A DNA stretch of 32,000 nt from Erysipelotrichaceae bacterium (GTDB lineage: Bacteria > Bacillota_I > Bacilli_A > Erysipelotrichales > Erysipelotrichaceae). The position numbers and the translations under genes were made by a program. Below, piece by piece: positions 15,960 through 25,151 of this stretch (its first letter is position 1; every line of letters starts with the position of its first letter). The notes under the pieces are model-generated. The model did no database searches and was not told where the DNA came from. It was given only the letters and a program-made list of their open reading frames with translations. The stretch lies in the NCBI GenBank assembly GCA_017428765.1, contig JAFRQF010000005.1, positions 87,121 through 119,120 on the forward strand, read 5' to 3'.

Positions 15960-17052
15960 CAAACAGTTTCTTCAGATTCACATCGAACGGCGGATAGACG
16001 ATGCCTTTTTCCGTCACGATGCCGCTTAATAATGTATGGTCGGTCACATCGAAGGAAGGATTGTAACACTTCACATCGGCTGGTGCCATCGGCTTTTCGT
16101 ACCACATGTTCCGGATCTCATCGGGATCGCGCAGTTCGATCTTTATATGATCGCCATCCGGGCAGTTCATATCGATCGTCGACGTGGGTCCTAAAGAATA
16201 TACCGGGATGCCATAGTACTTAGCTAAAATAGCCACACCGGAGGTTCCGATCTTGTTTGCCACATCGCCGTTGGCGGCAATGCGGTCACAGCCTACGAAG
16301 CAGGCATTGATCCAGCCGTTTTTCATGACGATCGAAGCCATGTTGTCGCAGATCAGCGTCACATCGACACCGGCTCTCGATAATTCGAAGGACGTCAGTC
16401 TCGCTCCCTGCAGCAAAGGTCTGGTCTCATCCGCAAAGACGCGGATGTTCATGCCTCTGGCTTTGGCAAGCAGGAAAGGTCCCTGTGCCGTGCCATAGGA
16501 AGTTGCCAGAGGTCCGGCGTTGCAGTGTGTGAGCACGCCATCACCGTCTTTGAGCAGCGAAAGACCGTATTCACAGATCCTGCAGCACATTTCGATATCT
16601 TCGTTGTGAATGGCAAGTGCTTCTTCTTTCAGTTTTTCAACGATACAGGAAACTTCTTTGTCTTTATTCTCCGTGACGGCACTTTCCATGCGGTTCAGTG
16701 CCCAGGAAAGATTGACGGCCGTCGGACGGGAAGAATTGAGATATTCCTTGTTTGCCTTGAAGTTCTTATAGAAATCTTCATAGGAAAGACCTTCATCCTT
16801 CTTGGAAAGAATGTACATCGTATAACCGGCAAAGATACCGATGGCCGGCGCACCGCGCACTTCCAGCTTTTTGATCGCCTGGTATGCGGACTCGAGGTCA
16901 TCGATCGTCTTATATTCCAGCGTATTGGGGATCTTCACCTGGTCGATGATCACGACACTGTTTTCGTCTTCTGATAAGGCGATGTTGTCGGTGATGCCGA
17001 CGGATTCGATCTCCTTTTTTATCTTATTTAAACTGACTTGGATGTTTGACAT
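15946..17052 (-). CDS. mtnA: S-methyl-5-thioribose-1-phosphate isomerase family protein (eIF-2B alpha/beta/delta-like)
   Basis: 368 aa with [21 protein letters not shown] and GADRIA-like ([17 protein letters not shown]) motifs. The start lies 29 nt inside the metG 3' end. Confidence 0.87.
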   Translation of the reverse strand: MSNIQVSLNKIKKEIESVGITDNIALSEDENSVVIIDQVKIPNTLEYKTIDDLESAYQAIKKLEVRGAPAIGIFAGYTMYILSKKDEGLSYEDFYKNFKANKEYLNSSRPTAVNLSWALNRMESAVTENKDKEVSCIVEKLKEEALAIHNEDIEMCCRICEYGLSLLKDGDGVLTHCNAGPLATSYGTAQGPFLLAKARGMNIRVFADETRPLLQGARLTSFELSRAGVDVTLICDNMASIVMKNGWINACFVGCDRIAANGDVANKIGTSGVAILAKYYGIPVYSLGPTSTIDMNCPDGDHIKIELRDPDEIRNMWYEKPMAPADVKCYNPSFDVTDHTLLSGIVTEKGIVYPPFDVNLKKLFDEDH

Positions 17053-18994
17053 AGAAGTCTTCTTTCTCCTTCAGCGTCTTGAGCTGATGATCTTCTTTGT
17101 CATCGATCAGATCGTAGATATCTTCGAAGATGTGATCCCAGCTGAAGAACTTGTCAGGATCGACACCAAGATAATCACAGATCTTCTCACAGCCGTCCGG
17201 TACCACCGGGTGGGATAAGACAGCCGCCACTCTCACCATATAGAAGGCATCGATCAGCGTCTGTCTGATATTTGCCTCGTCATTGGAATTCTTTGACCAG
17301 AACTTGGAAGCGTTGCGGATGTAGGAATCCAGATCGTTCATCACCTGGTGGAGCTCAAAACGATACATATGGCTTTCGTAGTTTAAGATCGTACGTTCGG
17401 CGATCTGCTTGTACTGCTCGGATACTTCGCCATACGGCAGCTTGCCGTCGAAGTATTTCTGTGCCGAATAGAAGCAGCCTCTGACCAGACGGTTGAGGAC
17501 GTTGGTATAAAGATTGCCCTGTGCCAGGACCGGATCCGGTTCGTTGGTGTTTGCTTCCGGATTGAGCGGCTGCGGCATGAAGGAGACCGACTTGTTGCCT
17601 AAAGCCAGCGAGATGAAGTGGGCCCTTAACTGATCGGCCGTATAGTAATTCAATAAGTCGGCTGCCATCGGCGGTTTGATCGAACCGGAAGAAGAAGCCT
17701 TCTTATCTAAGAACAGGATGTGGTGGTTGGCGACCAGTGTCGTCAGTTGCAGATCTCCGTCTTTCGGATGGATGGTGAGATCTTTGGATCCCTGCTGGGC
17801 CATCCATAAAGGCATCTGCGCAACGCCATAGAAGTAGATGTTGTCCTGACCGATGAACTGGAAGACATTGGCTTCCTTGTCGCACCAGTATTTCTTCCAT
17901 TCGTCATCCGGCATGCCGAGCCTTTTGAAATAGGCCTTGGTGAAAGAGATCGGTGCCCATAATGACTCCGGCCATACCCAGACGGTGAGGTCTTCCTCAT
18001 CTTCGAGCTTCGGTGCTTTGACGCCCCATTCGATGTTGCCCGTCAGTCTTAACGGGACCAGCGTCTTACCGGTACGGTAGTGGATATTGGCTTTCGTCAG
18101 GATCGGGCAGGCCTTCTCACGAAGTTCCAGCTTATCGAAAGTGACGATAAAGGAACCCTTGATGTTTTCAAGGTCGGAATTGCTGTGTTCCGGAAGTTCG
18201 TTTTCGATGGCCTTGTACTGTTCCAGGAACTTTTCCTGGATGTAGATGACCGGTGCGCCGAGCGATTCTTCCATCGTTTCGGCAACGATCCTTCGGACAT
18301 TCTTTTTCTTCTTGATGTCTTCGACGTATTCTTTTAACAGATCATTGAATTCCGTAAGCTTGAAGTACCAGTTGGTGACATCGCGCATCTCCGGCGTCTC
18401 ACCGGATAATGTGGATTTCGGGTCGATGAGCTCTTCCGGCATATACTGGTGGCCAAGGTCACACTCATCGGCATAGCCCTTCTCCGACTGGCAGTGTTCG
18501 ATCGGACATTTGCCGACGACCTGACGGCCGTTGAGGAAGCAGTGATATTTCGGATCATAGAACTGTTTGGTGACCAGTTTTTCCAGCCAGCCGTTCTTGT
18601 ATAAGGTGCGGATGAATTCATCCGTCTCTTCTTCATGGACTTTCTTCGTATCGCCTAAGCCCGAGGCACCGAAAAGGTTCAAAGAGATCTTGTAGTCTCT
18701 CAAGGTCTTTTCCTGTGCTTCATGATTCTCTCTGACGTAGTCTTCGATCGTTCCTTTGTAGCCTTCCGATTCGACTCTCTTGCGATAGCCTTCTGCGATC
18801 GGTGAGCCGTAGCAGTCCGTACCGGATACGAAGACGACATTGTCTTTGCCGATGCGGTCTCTCAGAAAACGCGCAAAGACGTCGGCATGTACGAACATTC
18901 CGCCGACATGACCGAAATGAAGTGTTTTATTGCCATACGGCATACCGCCGGTAACGACGGCGCGTTTTGGAAATACAGGACGTTCACGTTCCAT
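17024..18994 (-). CDS. metG: Methionine--tRNA ligase (divergent type)
   Basis: 656 aa. HIGH-type motif HFGH, GTDCYG (usually GTDEHG), the knuckle region [22 protein letters not shown], and a KASSS loop where KMSKS is expected. RBS is GGAGGAA. Confidence 0.88.
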   Translation of the reverse strand: MERERPVFPKRAVVTGGMPYGNKTLHFGHVGGMFVHADVFARFLRDRIGKDNVVFVSGTDCYGSPIAEGYRKRVESEGYKGTIEDYVRENHEAQEKTLRDYKISLNLFGASGLGDTKKVHEEETDEFIRTLYKNGWLEKLVTKQFYDPKYHCFLNGRQVVGKCPIEHCQSEKGYADECDLGHQYMPEELIDPKSTLSGETPEMRDVTNWYFKLTEFNDLLKEYVEDIKKKKNVRRIVAETMEESLGAPVIYIQEKFLEQYKAIENELPEHSNSDLENIKGSFIVTFDKLELREKACPILTKANIHYRTGKTLVPLRLTGNIEWGVKAPKLEDEEDLTVWVWPESLWAPISFTKAYFKRLGMPDDEWKKYWCDKEANVFQFIGQDNIYFYGVAQMPLWMAQQGSKDLTIHPKDGDLQLTTLVANHHILFLDKKASSSGSIKPPMAADLLNYYTADQLRAHFISLALGNKSVSFMPQPLNPEANTNEPDPVLAQGNLYTNVLNRLVRGCFYSAQKYFDGKLPYGEVSEQYKQIAERTILNYESHMYRFELHQVMNDLDSYIRNASKFWSKNSNDEANIRQTLIDAFYMVRVAAVLSHPVVPDGCEKICDYLGVDPDKFFSWDHIFEDIYDLIDDKEDHQLKTLKEKEDFYVKHPSQFK

Positions 18995-19027
18995 AATCTG
19001 TTCCTCCGAAAAAATAAATTCTTAATT

Positions 19028-19036
19028 ATTATAACA
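19028..19036 (-). promoter_or_regulatory. Candidate extended -10 promoter for metG
   Basis: Minus strand TGTTATAAT (TGn + TATAAT), about 33 nt upstream of the metG ATG, within the 62-nt glnA-metG gap. Confidence 0.45.
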
Positions 19037-19056
19037 AGACTTCCCGCGATCCGCTT

Positions 19057-20481
19057 CTACAGATCGTAGTAAAGGCGGAATTCAGCAGGATGCGGTACCT
19101 TTTCGATCTCATCGTGTTCCTTTTCGATCGCCTTGATCCAGTTGTTCAGAAGTTCCTCAGTAAACACGCCGCCTTCAAGCAGATAGTCGTGATCTTTCTT
19201 CAAAGCTTCGATGGCTTCCGGAAGCGATGCCGGCAGATGTTCGAGCTTCGCCTTTTCCTCATCGGAAAGCTTGTAGAGATTGAAATCGAACGGACCCCAG
19301 TTGTGGTCTTTCGGATCGATCTTGTTGCGGATGCCGTCAAGTCCCGCCATCAGGATCGCCGCATAGGCGAAGTAAGGATTGCAGGTGGCATCCGGATTGC
19401 GCAGTTCAAAACGCACGACATCCTTGCTTTTGGCGTAGGACGGGATGCGGATGACCGCACTGCGGTTGGCTGAGGCATAGCCGATCGTGACCGGTGCTTC
19501 AAATCCCGGGACCAGTCTGCGATAGGAGTTGGTGGACGGGTCGGTCAGAGCACACAAGGAACGCACGTGTTTGAGAAGACCGCCGATGAAATACATCGCC
19601 GTTTTCGACAAGTCGGCATAATTGCCTTTCTCATAGAAGACATTCTCCCCGTCTTTCTTTAAGATCATGTGCACATGCATGCCGTTCCCCGCTTCTCCGG
19701 CGATCGGTTTAGGTAAGAAGGTCGCCGTCTTGCCGAACTGCTTTGCCGTATTTCGTATCAGATATTTGCTTAACATCGTCTGATCGGCAAGCTTGCAGAC
19801 TTCCGCAAGTTCCACTTCGATCTCCATCTGGCCGCTGCCGCCGACTTCATGGTGATGATACTTGACCTTGATGCCGCAGTCCTTCATCTTTTCGCAGATC
19901 GCATTGCGCAGATCGAAGTTGATGTCACTTGGTAAGTCATAGTGATAGCCGCCTTTGGGAAGTGTGTGATAGCCGTCACTCCCCTGCATAGCGGAAGACC
20001 ATTCGGATTCATAACTGGTCAGACGCTCTGATACCTCGTTCGGAGCGATCTTATATTCCATGGCATCGAATACAGAGAATTCGTATTCCGGTCCGATGAT
20101 CATCTCATCGGCCACGCCTTCTTTCTTCATCAGATCGACAGCTGCCTTGATGACGTTTCGCGGATACTGTTCGAAACGGTAATTGGTCTTTCCGATGCAG
20201 TAGACATTGGCCATCATCGAGATGGTCTTTGCCTTGGCAAAAGGCTCGAGATATGCTGAGGAAAGGTCGGGATAGAAGACCATATCGGACTTCTCCACTC
20301 TGGCATAGCCGTAGTTGGACGCATCGAAACCGATGCCGTCTTTCATAAGCCCTTCATTCAGGCGTTCCGCCGGAATGGAAAGATGGCGGAAACGGCCTCT
20401 GAGATCGACGAGCTTCAGGTCGATGAATGCCACTTCGTTGTCTTTGATGTATTGTTTTGCTTCTTCGATATTTTTGAACAT
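19057..20481 (-). CDS. glnA: Glutamine synthetase, type I
   Basis: 474 aa with a beta-grasp N-domain (FIDLKLVDLRG...) and a catalytic domain (GNGMHVHMIL, NSYRRLVPGFEAP, RFELRNPD). A TATAAT and an AGGAGA RBS lie in the 51-nt upstream gap. Confidence 0.93.
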   Translation of the reverse strand: MFKNIEEAKQYIKDNEVAFIDLKLVDLRGRFRHLSIPAERLNEGLMKDGIGFDASNYGYARVEKSDMVFYPDLSSAYLEPFAKAKTISMMANVYCIGKTNYRFEQYPRNVIKAAVDLMKKEGVADEMIIGPEYEFSVFDAMEYKIAPNEVSERLTSYESEWSSAMQGSDGYHTLPKGGYHYDLPSDINFDLRNAICEKMKDCGIKVKYHHHEVGGSGQMEIEVELAEVCKLADQTMLSKYLIRNTAKQFGKTATFLPKPIAGEAGNGMHVHMILKKDGENVFYEKGNYADLSKTAMYFIGGLLKHVRSLCALTDPSTNSYRRLVPGFEAPVTIGYASANRSAVIRIPSYAKSKDVVRFELRNPDATCNPYFAYAAILMAGLDGIRNKIDPKDHNWGPFDFNLYKLSDEEKAKLEHLPASLPEAIEALKKDHDYLLEGGVFTEELLNNWIKAIEKEHDEIEKVPHPAEFRLYYDL

Positions 20482-20532
20482 ATTGTTTCTCCTGCCTTTA
20501 TTATATGAAAACTAAGAAATAAAAGAAGCCCT

Positions 20533-22311
20533 TCAGAAGAGCCCCTTTAGTACATCATCAAACAGCAGATTCAGGATCGTTTCATCGAAAGATGAACCCA
20601 GATAGTAACATCTGCCTTTTCCATATTCCTGAACGCAGGCTGCCGCATAATCGCCATAGGCGTTGTCTTTGTAAGAGATCAGTTCCTTCGCTGTTGTCAG
20701 CTTGAGCGATTCTTCAAACACGCTGCCAAAGCCGATGCTTTCACCATAGCGGCAGACAGTCTTCTGTCCCTCCAGCAATGATTCATGTTCCTCGATCATA
20801 CAGCCGCAAAGATCCTCGAGATCGACCGGCAGACGCTTGCCGAAGATAAGATTGTTGTCCGTATCTTTCCAGGCACTGCGGGCTGTCAATATGGCGATAC
20901 CGCCATTTGCGACATAGTCTTTCAGTTTTTTCTTGAACGCATCAGACATGATGATCATGTACGGCAATACGGCCACTTTATAGCCCGAAAGATCTTTGGA
21001 AGAATCGACGATGTCGCAGACGATCTTCCTATGATAGAACTGTGAATAGAACTTCACGCATTCTTTTTCATAAGAGAAGACATCGGACTGCCTCTGTATG
21101 GCCATGGATGACTTGGAATCATAATCATATACGATACAGACGTCGCCCTTTGGTTCGACGACCGGTTTTTTCTTCGCCTCTTCAAAGAAAGATCTCGTTT
21201 CATAATACTTTCTGCGTTTCACGTTATCGGCATCCACGATACCGAAACAGAACTGTTCCGCACCCTTGATATAACCGCGGTAACGGAAGAAGATCAGACT
21301 TTCGACGCCCTGATCAAGAGAGCTCAAAGCCCACTTCTTTGCCTCTTCAGGTTTCGGTGCATAGCCGATATCGTTGTGTCCCTGCTGGCCCATGATGGAT
21401 TCGGTGACCCAGAACTTCTCACCTTTGAAGCCTCTGGCAAAATCCACGCTGAAGGCAAGCTCCTCTTCGCTTAACGGCGTTTTCTGGCCGCCCCAGACCG
21501 GATAGTTGTTGTAGGAGACAAAATCCAAGGTCTTGGCCACATCAAATGGCGAGAAGGCTTTGTTGATGATGCCGCCTTCAAAGTCATGAGTGACCGGATG
21601 TTTTTTGTCGTATCTTCTTACCGCATCGCAAAGCGCTTTGATATAATCGACGGCAGTCTTGTTGCGGAAGCGATAGTATTCCAGACGAAGAGACGGATTG
21701 TGCGGAGTGAAGGCAGGTTTAGGAAGCGGGATCTGTTTGAAATCCGAATAGGTCTGACTCCAGAAACAGGTGCCCCAGCGCTCATTGAGCTCATCGATGT
21801 TCTTATATTTTTCTTCCAGATAGGAAACAAATCTCTTCTGACAGCTGTCACAGTAACAGACATCGGACCCTTCATGTCCAAGCTCGTTATCGACCTGCCA
21901 GGCAACGATGGCTTCTTCATCCTTGTAGTGGTCCGCCAGCTTTTCCGCCAGAGCGACTGCCTTTGAAATATAGTATTCATTGCCATAGCAGTAACCTCTT
22001 CTGGCACCGTATGGCTGTCCATATCCTTTTTCATCGACATTCATGACCTCAGGGTGTGACTCATGGAGCCAGGCAGGCATCGTGGCGGTCGGCACGCACA
22101 TCATGACCTTAAGTCCGTGCGCCTTTGCCTTTTCGATGACTTCATCAAAGAAGGAGAAATCGTATTCTCCGTCTTTCGGTTCGAATCTGTCCCAGGCGAA
22201 ATCGGCGATGCGGATCAGATTGGCGCCAAGTTCAACGATGTCCTTGAGATCTTCATCGACATGTTCCATCCCCCACTGTTCGGGGTAGTAATCGACTCCC
22301 AGATATCTCAC
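20533..22311 (-). CDS. GH42-family beta-galactosidase
   Basis: 592 aa. N-terminus LGVDYYPEQW, acid/base WQVDNELG, and the Cys cluster CYCDSCQKRF typical of GH42. It is shorter than the ~650-700 aa I expect for the family. Confidence 0.87.
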   Translation of the reverse strand: MRYLGVDYYPEQWGMEHVDEDLKDIVELGANLIRIADFAWDRFEPKDGEYDFSFFDEVIEKAKAHGLKVMMCVPTATMPAWLHESHPEVMNVDEKGYGQPYGARRGYCYGNEYYISKAVALAEKLADHYKDEEAIVAWQVDNELGHEGSDVCYCDSCQKRFVSYLEEKYKNIDELNERWGTCFWSQTYSDFKQIPLPKPAFTPHNPSLRLEYYRFRNKTAVDYIKALCDAVRRYDKKHPVTHDFEGGIINKAFSPFDVAKTLDFVSYNNYPVWGGQKTPLSEEELAFSVDFARGFKGEKFWVTESIMGQQGHNDIGYAPKPEEAKKWALSSLDQGVESLIFFRYRGYIKGAEQFCFGIVDADNVKRRKYYETRSFFEEAKKKPVVEPKGDVCIVYDYDSKSSMAIQRQSDVFSYEKECVKFYSQFYHRKIVCDIVDSSKDLSGYKVAVLPYMIIMSDAFKKKLKDYVANGGIAILTARSAWKDTDNNLIFGKRLPVDLEDLCGCMIEEHESLLEGQKTVCRYGESIGFGSVFEESLKLTTAKELISYKDNAYGDYAAACVQEYGKGRCYYLGSSFDETILNLLFDDVLKGLF

Positions 22312-23267
22312 TTCAAACCTCCGTCCAGCAGACGATAGACTGCTTCTTCATATTCTTCCTTCGCCATCATATACGCTGCCGCATGGCCGCATCCTTCGAT
22401 CAGATGCAGTTCTTTTGGCGAAGCACAGGCTTCATACATCTTTTCCGACATGAAACAAGGAACGAAGTGATCCTCCTTGCCATGGATGAAAAGGATCGGG
22501 ATGTCGGTATGAGCGACACACTCCTCACCTATCGAAGTATTGAAACTGACACCGGTGATGATCATCGACCAGAACCAGGCCAGATAGCCGAACGGGAAAT
22601 ATGGCATATGATAGACATCTTTGATCAGATATTTGGAGATGTTGATGATGGAATCGAATCCGCAGTCATCGATGATGCCTTTGACGTTCTTTAATTTCGA
22701 ATCGGCACAATGGATGACCGTCGCACCGCCCATGGATACGCCATGTAAGTAGATCCTCGGTTCATCGTACATCTCATTGATCAGATCAACCCACTTTGCC
22801 ACATCTCTCTTGTCGTGTTCAGAGAAGCCGAGATACTTGCCTTCCGATTTGCCATGGGCACGGTCGTTCAAAAGAAGGATGGTCGATCCTCTTTTGAGAT
22901 AGATATTGACTCTGTCCGCAAAATCTTCCTGCATGGAAGATTTATAACCGTGGACACAGATGACGACTTCTTTGGGATCGCCTTCGATCAGATAGCCGTA
23001 AAGCTTCAGATCATCGAAGGAAGTGATCGAAAGTTCCTTTAACGGAAGCTTGTCGAACTTCTCGATCATCGGTGCCCGATAGGCGTAATACCTTGAGGCC
23101 GTCGGACGCATCAGATCGGTAGGGGAATCGATGGAATCGGGATCCAGGGCTGAGGTCGTATCGCCCTTATTCTGGTCGTTGTAAAGAAAGACCGAATTGA
23201 AAATGAAGAATCCTGCCGCCAAAGCAAGAAGCAGCAGGATGATAAGTACCAGTAATACCCAGAACAT
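22308..23267 (-). CDS. Alpha/beta hydrolase with N-terminal membrane anchor
   Basis: 319 aa. N-terminus MFWVLLVLIILLLLALAAGFFIF, HGYKSS, nucleophile elbow GVSMGG, and a late GCGH. It overlaps the GH42 start by 4 nt. Confidence 0.8.
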   Translation of the reverse strand: MFWVLLVLIILLLLALAAGFFIFNSVFLYNDQNKGDTTSALDPDSIDSPTDLMRPTASRYYAYRAPMIEKFDKLPLKELSITSFDDLKLYGYLIEGDPKEVVICVHGYKSSMQEDFADRVNIYLKRGSTILLLNDRAHGKSEGKYLGFSEHDKRDVAKWVDLINEMYDEPRIYLHGVSMGGATVIHCADSKLKNVKGIIDDCGFDSIINISKYLIKDVYHMPYFPFGYLAWFWSMIITGVSFNTSIGEECVAHTDIPILFIHGKEDHFVPCFMSEKMYEACASPKELHLIEGCGHAAAYMMAKEEYEEAVYRLLDGGLK

Positions 23268-23268
23268 C

Positions 23269-24675
23269 TTAATCTACCTGGACATTCTCCAGATCGACGC
23301 CCTTGGTCTCTTTGACGCGCAGCATCATGATGACAAGTGCGATCGCCATCAAAGGCAGGTATGCGATCGTTAAGACCATCGGCAGGTTGGTGGAACCGGC
23401 GATCATCGTAACGACGTTGTTGTAGACCATATTGAAACCGACACCGAACATGCCGATCAGCTGCATGGATCCGACGACGGAAGCACGCATCTGGGTCGGT
23501 GTGGACTCGGAAGTGATGACAAAGAAGATCATATCGGAGATCGACCATAAGCCGGCGATCGAGATACCGTAGGCAAGACCCATGATCCAAGGATTCAAAG
23601 GACGGATACAGCCATAGGCGAAGATGCCAAGACCTACCGCAGCCCATAAGCCGAGGATCAGAGCGGACTTCTTACGTCCCAAAGCATCGGTGATGAAACC
23701 GCCCAGGATCGTGAATACGCCGTTGATCAGAGGATAGAACATCAGGATGATATTGATCGCATCGGTCGTCATGACGCCGTTGTATTTTCCGGCTTCCAGC
23801 ATCGGCTGATACTTGCCGGTATAACCGGTCGAGAACATCATCAGCAAGGCGACTAAAGCGATGGCTCTTGTCTGTTTGTGACCGAGGATATATTTGAAAG
23901 CATCCCATACGGAAACAGCCTTCTCTTTTTCTTTTTCTTCGTTGGCACGCTCTTCCTTGATCGCTTCGATCCTTTCTTCTTCGCTGCTTCTCAGATATTT
24001 GAGCCTTCTTTGCGTAAAGACAGGAGTCTCAGATACGAAATAGATCGCGGCAATGCCGATCAGGAAAGCCAGGATGATCGGAATGATGAAGACATTGCGC
24101 CAGGTACTCGGTACGGCATCGTTGACGAAGAGTTTGACGAAAAGACCCAGTGAAGATACGGAGATCAGTGCCAGACCCTTGGTGATCGAACAAAGCTTTG
24201 CGCGATGCTCCGTCGGAGCACATTCCATGATATAGATGACCTGCACATCGTTCGGCGTGAAGAAAGTCAGAACGACCGTACCGATGATATAGACAGCGAC
24301 GGATCTGGAAATGATGCACAGCAGCATGCCCACACCCATACCTAAAGTGTTGATGATCAGGAATGGTTTTCTGCCCCAGCGGTCTGCCAGTGACTTGTAG
24401 AACGGCGAGATCAGATAGGACAGATAGCCGGCCATCGTGACGAAGCCCAGCGTAGCCGTAGCCTTATCGTAATCCGAAGAAGGATAGACGACATTGAACA
24501 GATCGCGGATGGTCTGAACTTCAACGACGCCTCTGACGGAAGAAGCCAGTTCATCGACGATGTAGACGATACTCAATACGACGATCAGTATCGCAAAATA
24601 GTGCTTGTGATTGTGAAAAGCTTCGGCCTTCTCCAGACGTTCCAGCTCACGCTTTTCTCTTTCGATTTTTGTCAT
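23269..24675 (-). CDS. MFS transporter
   Basis: About 12 TM helices with the DRWGRKP loop motif. ATG 24675 (MTKIEREK...) is preferred over the tracked start at 24726, because a TATAAT (about 24704-24709) and AAGGAG lie upstream of it. The start is uncertain. Confidence 0.83.
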   Translation of the reverse strand: MTKIEREKRELERLEKAEAFHNHKHYFAILIVVLSIVYIVDELASSVRGVVEVQTIRDLFNVVYPSSDYDKATATLGFVTMAGYLSYLISPFYKSLADRWGRKPFLIINTLGMGVGMLLCIISRSVAVYIIGTVVLTFFTPNDVQVIYIMECAPTEHRAKLCSITKGLALISVSSLGLFVKLFVNDAVPSTWRNVFIIPIILAFLIGIAAIYFVSETPVFTQRRLKYLRSSEEERIEAIKEERANEEKEKEKAVSVWDAFKYILGHKQTRAIALVALLMMFSTGYTGKYQPMLEAGKYNGVMTTDAINIILMFYPLINGVFTILGGFITDALGRKKSALILGLWAAVGLGIFAYGCIRPLNPWIMGLAYGISIAGLWSISDMIFFVITSESTPTQMRASVVGSMQLIGMFGVGFNMVYNNVVTMIAGSTNLPMVLTIAYLPLMAIALVIMMLRVKETKGVDLENVQVD

Positions 24676-25041
24676 GTGATACAAAATCTCCTTAAATGTA
24701 ACCTCTTTCATTATAGCGGAAATCATCCCTGTTGGACATCAAATCGTCTTTACATAACAAAAGGATATTTTAACTTCCGTATGGGTGAAATATATACGTA
24801 TTCCAATAAGTACATACCCGGTAATAAAGAAGGATCTTCATGAGCTGTCCGCATAAAAGAAACACATGAATATAAGACCAAAACCGGATCCTCTATATAC
24901 CGATGGCTGATCAAATAAGTCAGTATAAACCGCGTTATCTTTCATATGATTATCTCGATCTGATCAAACTGATACCTATCATTAACATTCCGATCAAGAG
25001 CCGGATGAAGGAAACACAAGGCAATAGTCCATAAAGAAAAG

Positions 25042-25076
25042 AAGATCCTGTAAGGCAGTAATGCCTACAGGATCTT
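25042..25076. terminator. Strong bidirectional hairpin terminator
   Basis: AAGATCCTGTAAGGCA-GTAA-TGCCT(bulge)ACAGGATCTT. It is flanked by CTTTTCTTTAT on the minus strand and ACTTATTTGTTTTT on the plus strand, and lies 75 nt downstream of the E2-like gene stop. Confidence 0.8.
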
Positions 25077-25151
25077 ACTTATTTGTTTTTAGTTTTCTGG
25101 CATACCGTCCACACGGAAGTCTACATTACCGGCAAAAGTTGCAGTCAGCGG

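Noticed and set aside
18995-19056. Possible T-box leader upstream of metG, and a GlnR/TnrA box or leader upstream of glnA (20482-20532)
   Set aside because: The gaps are only 62 and 51 nt, far too short for a T-box (about 200-300 nt). I found no AGGGTGGTACCGCG-like T-box sequence and no TGTNA-N7-TNACA GlnR/TnrA site.
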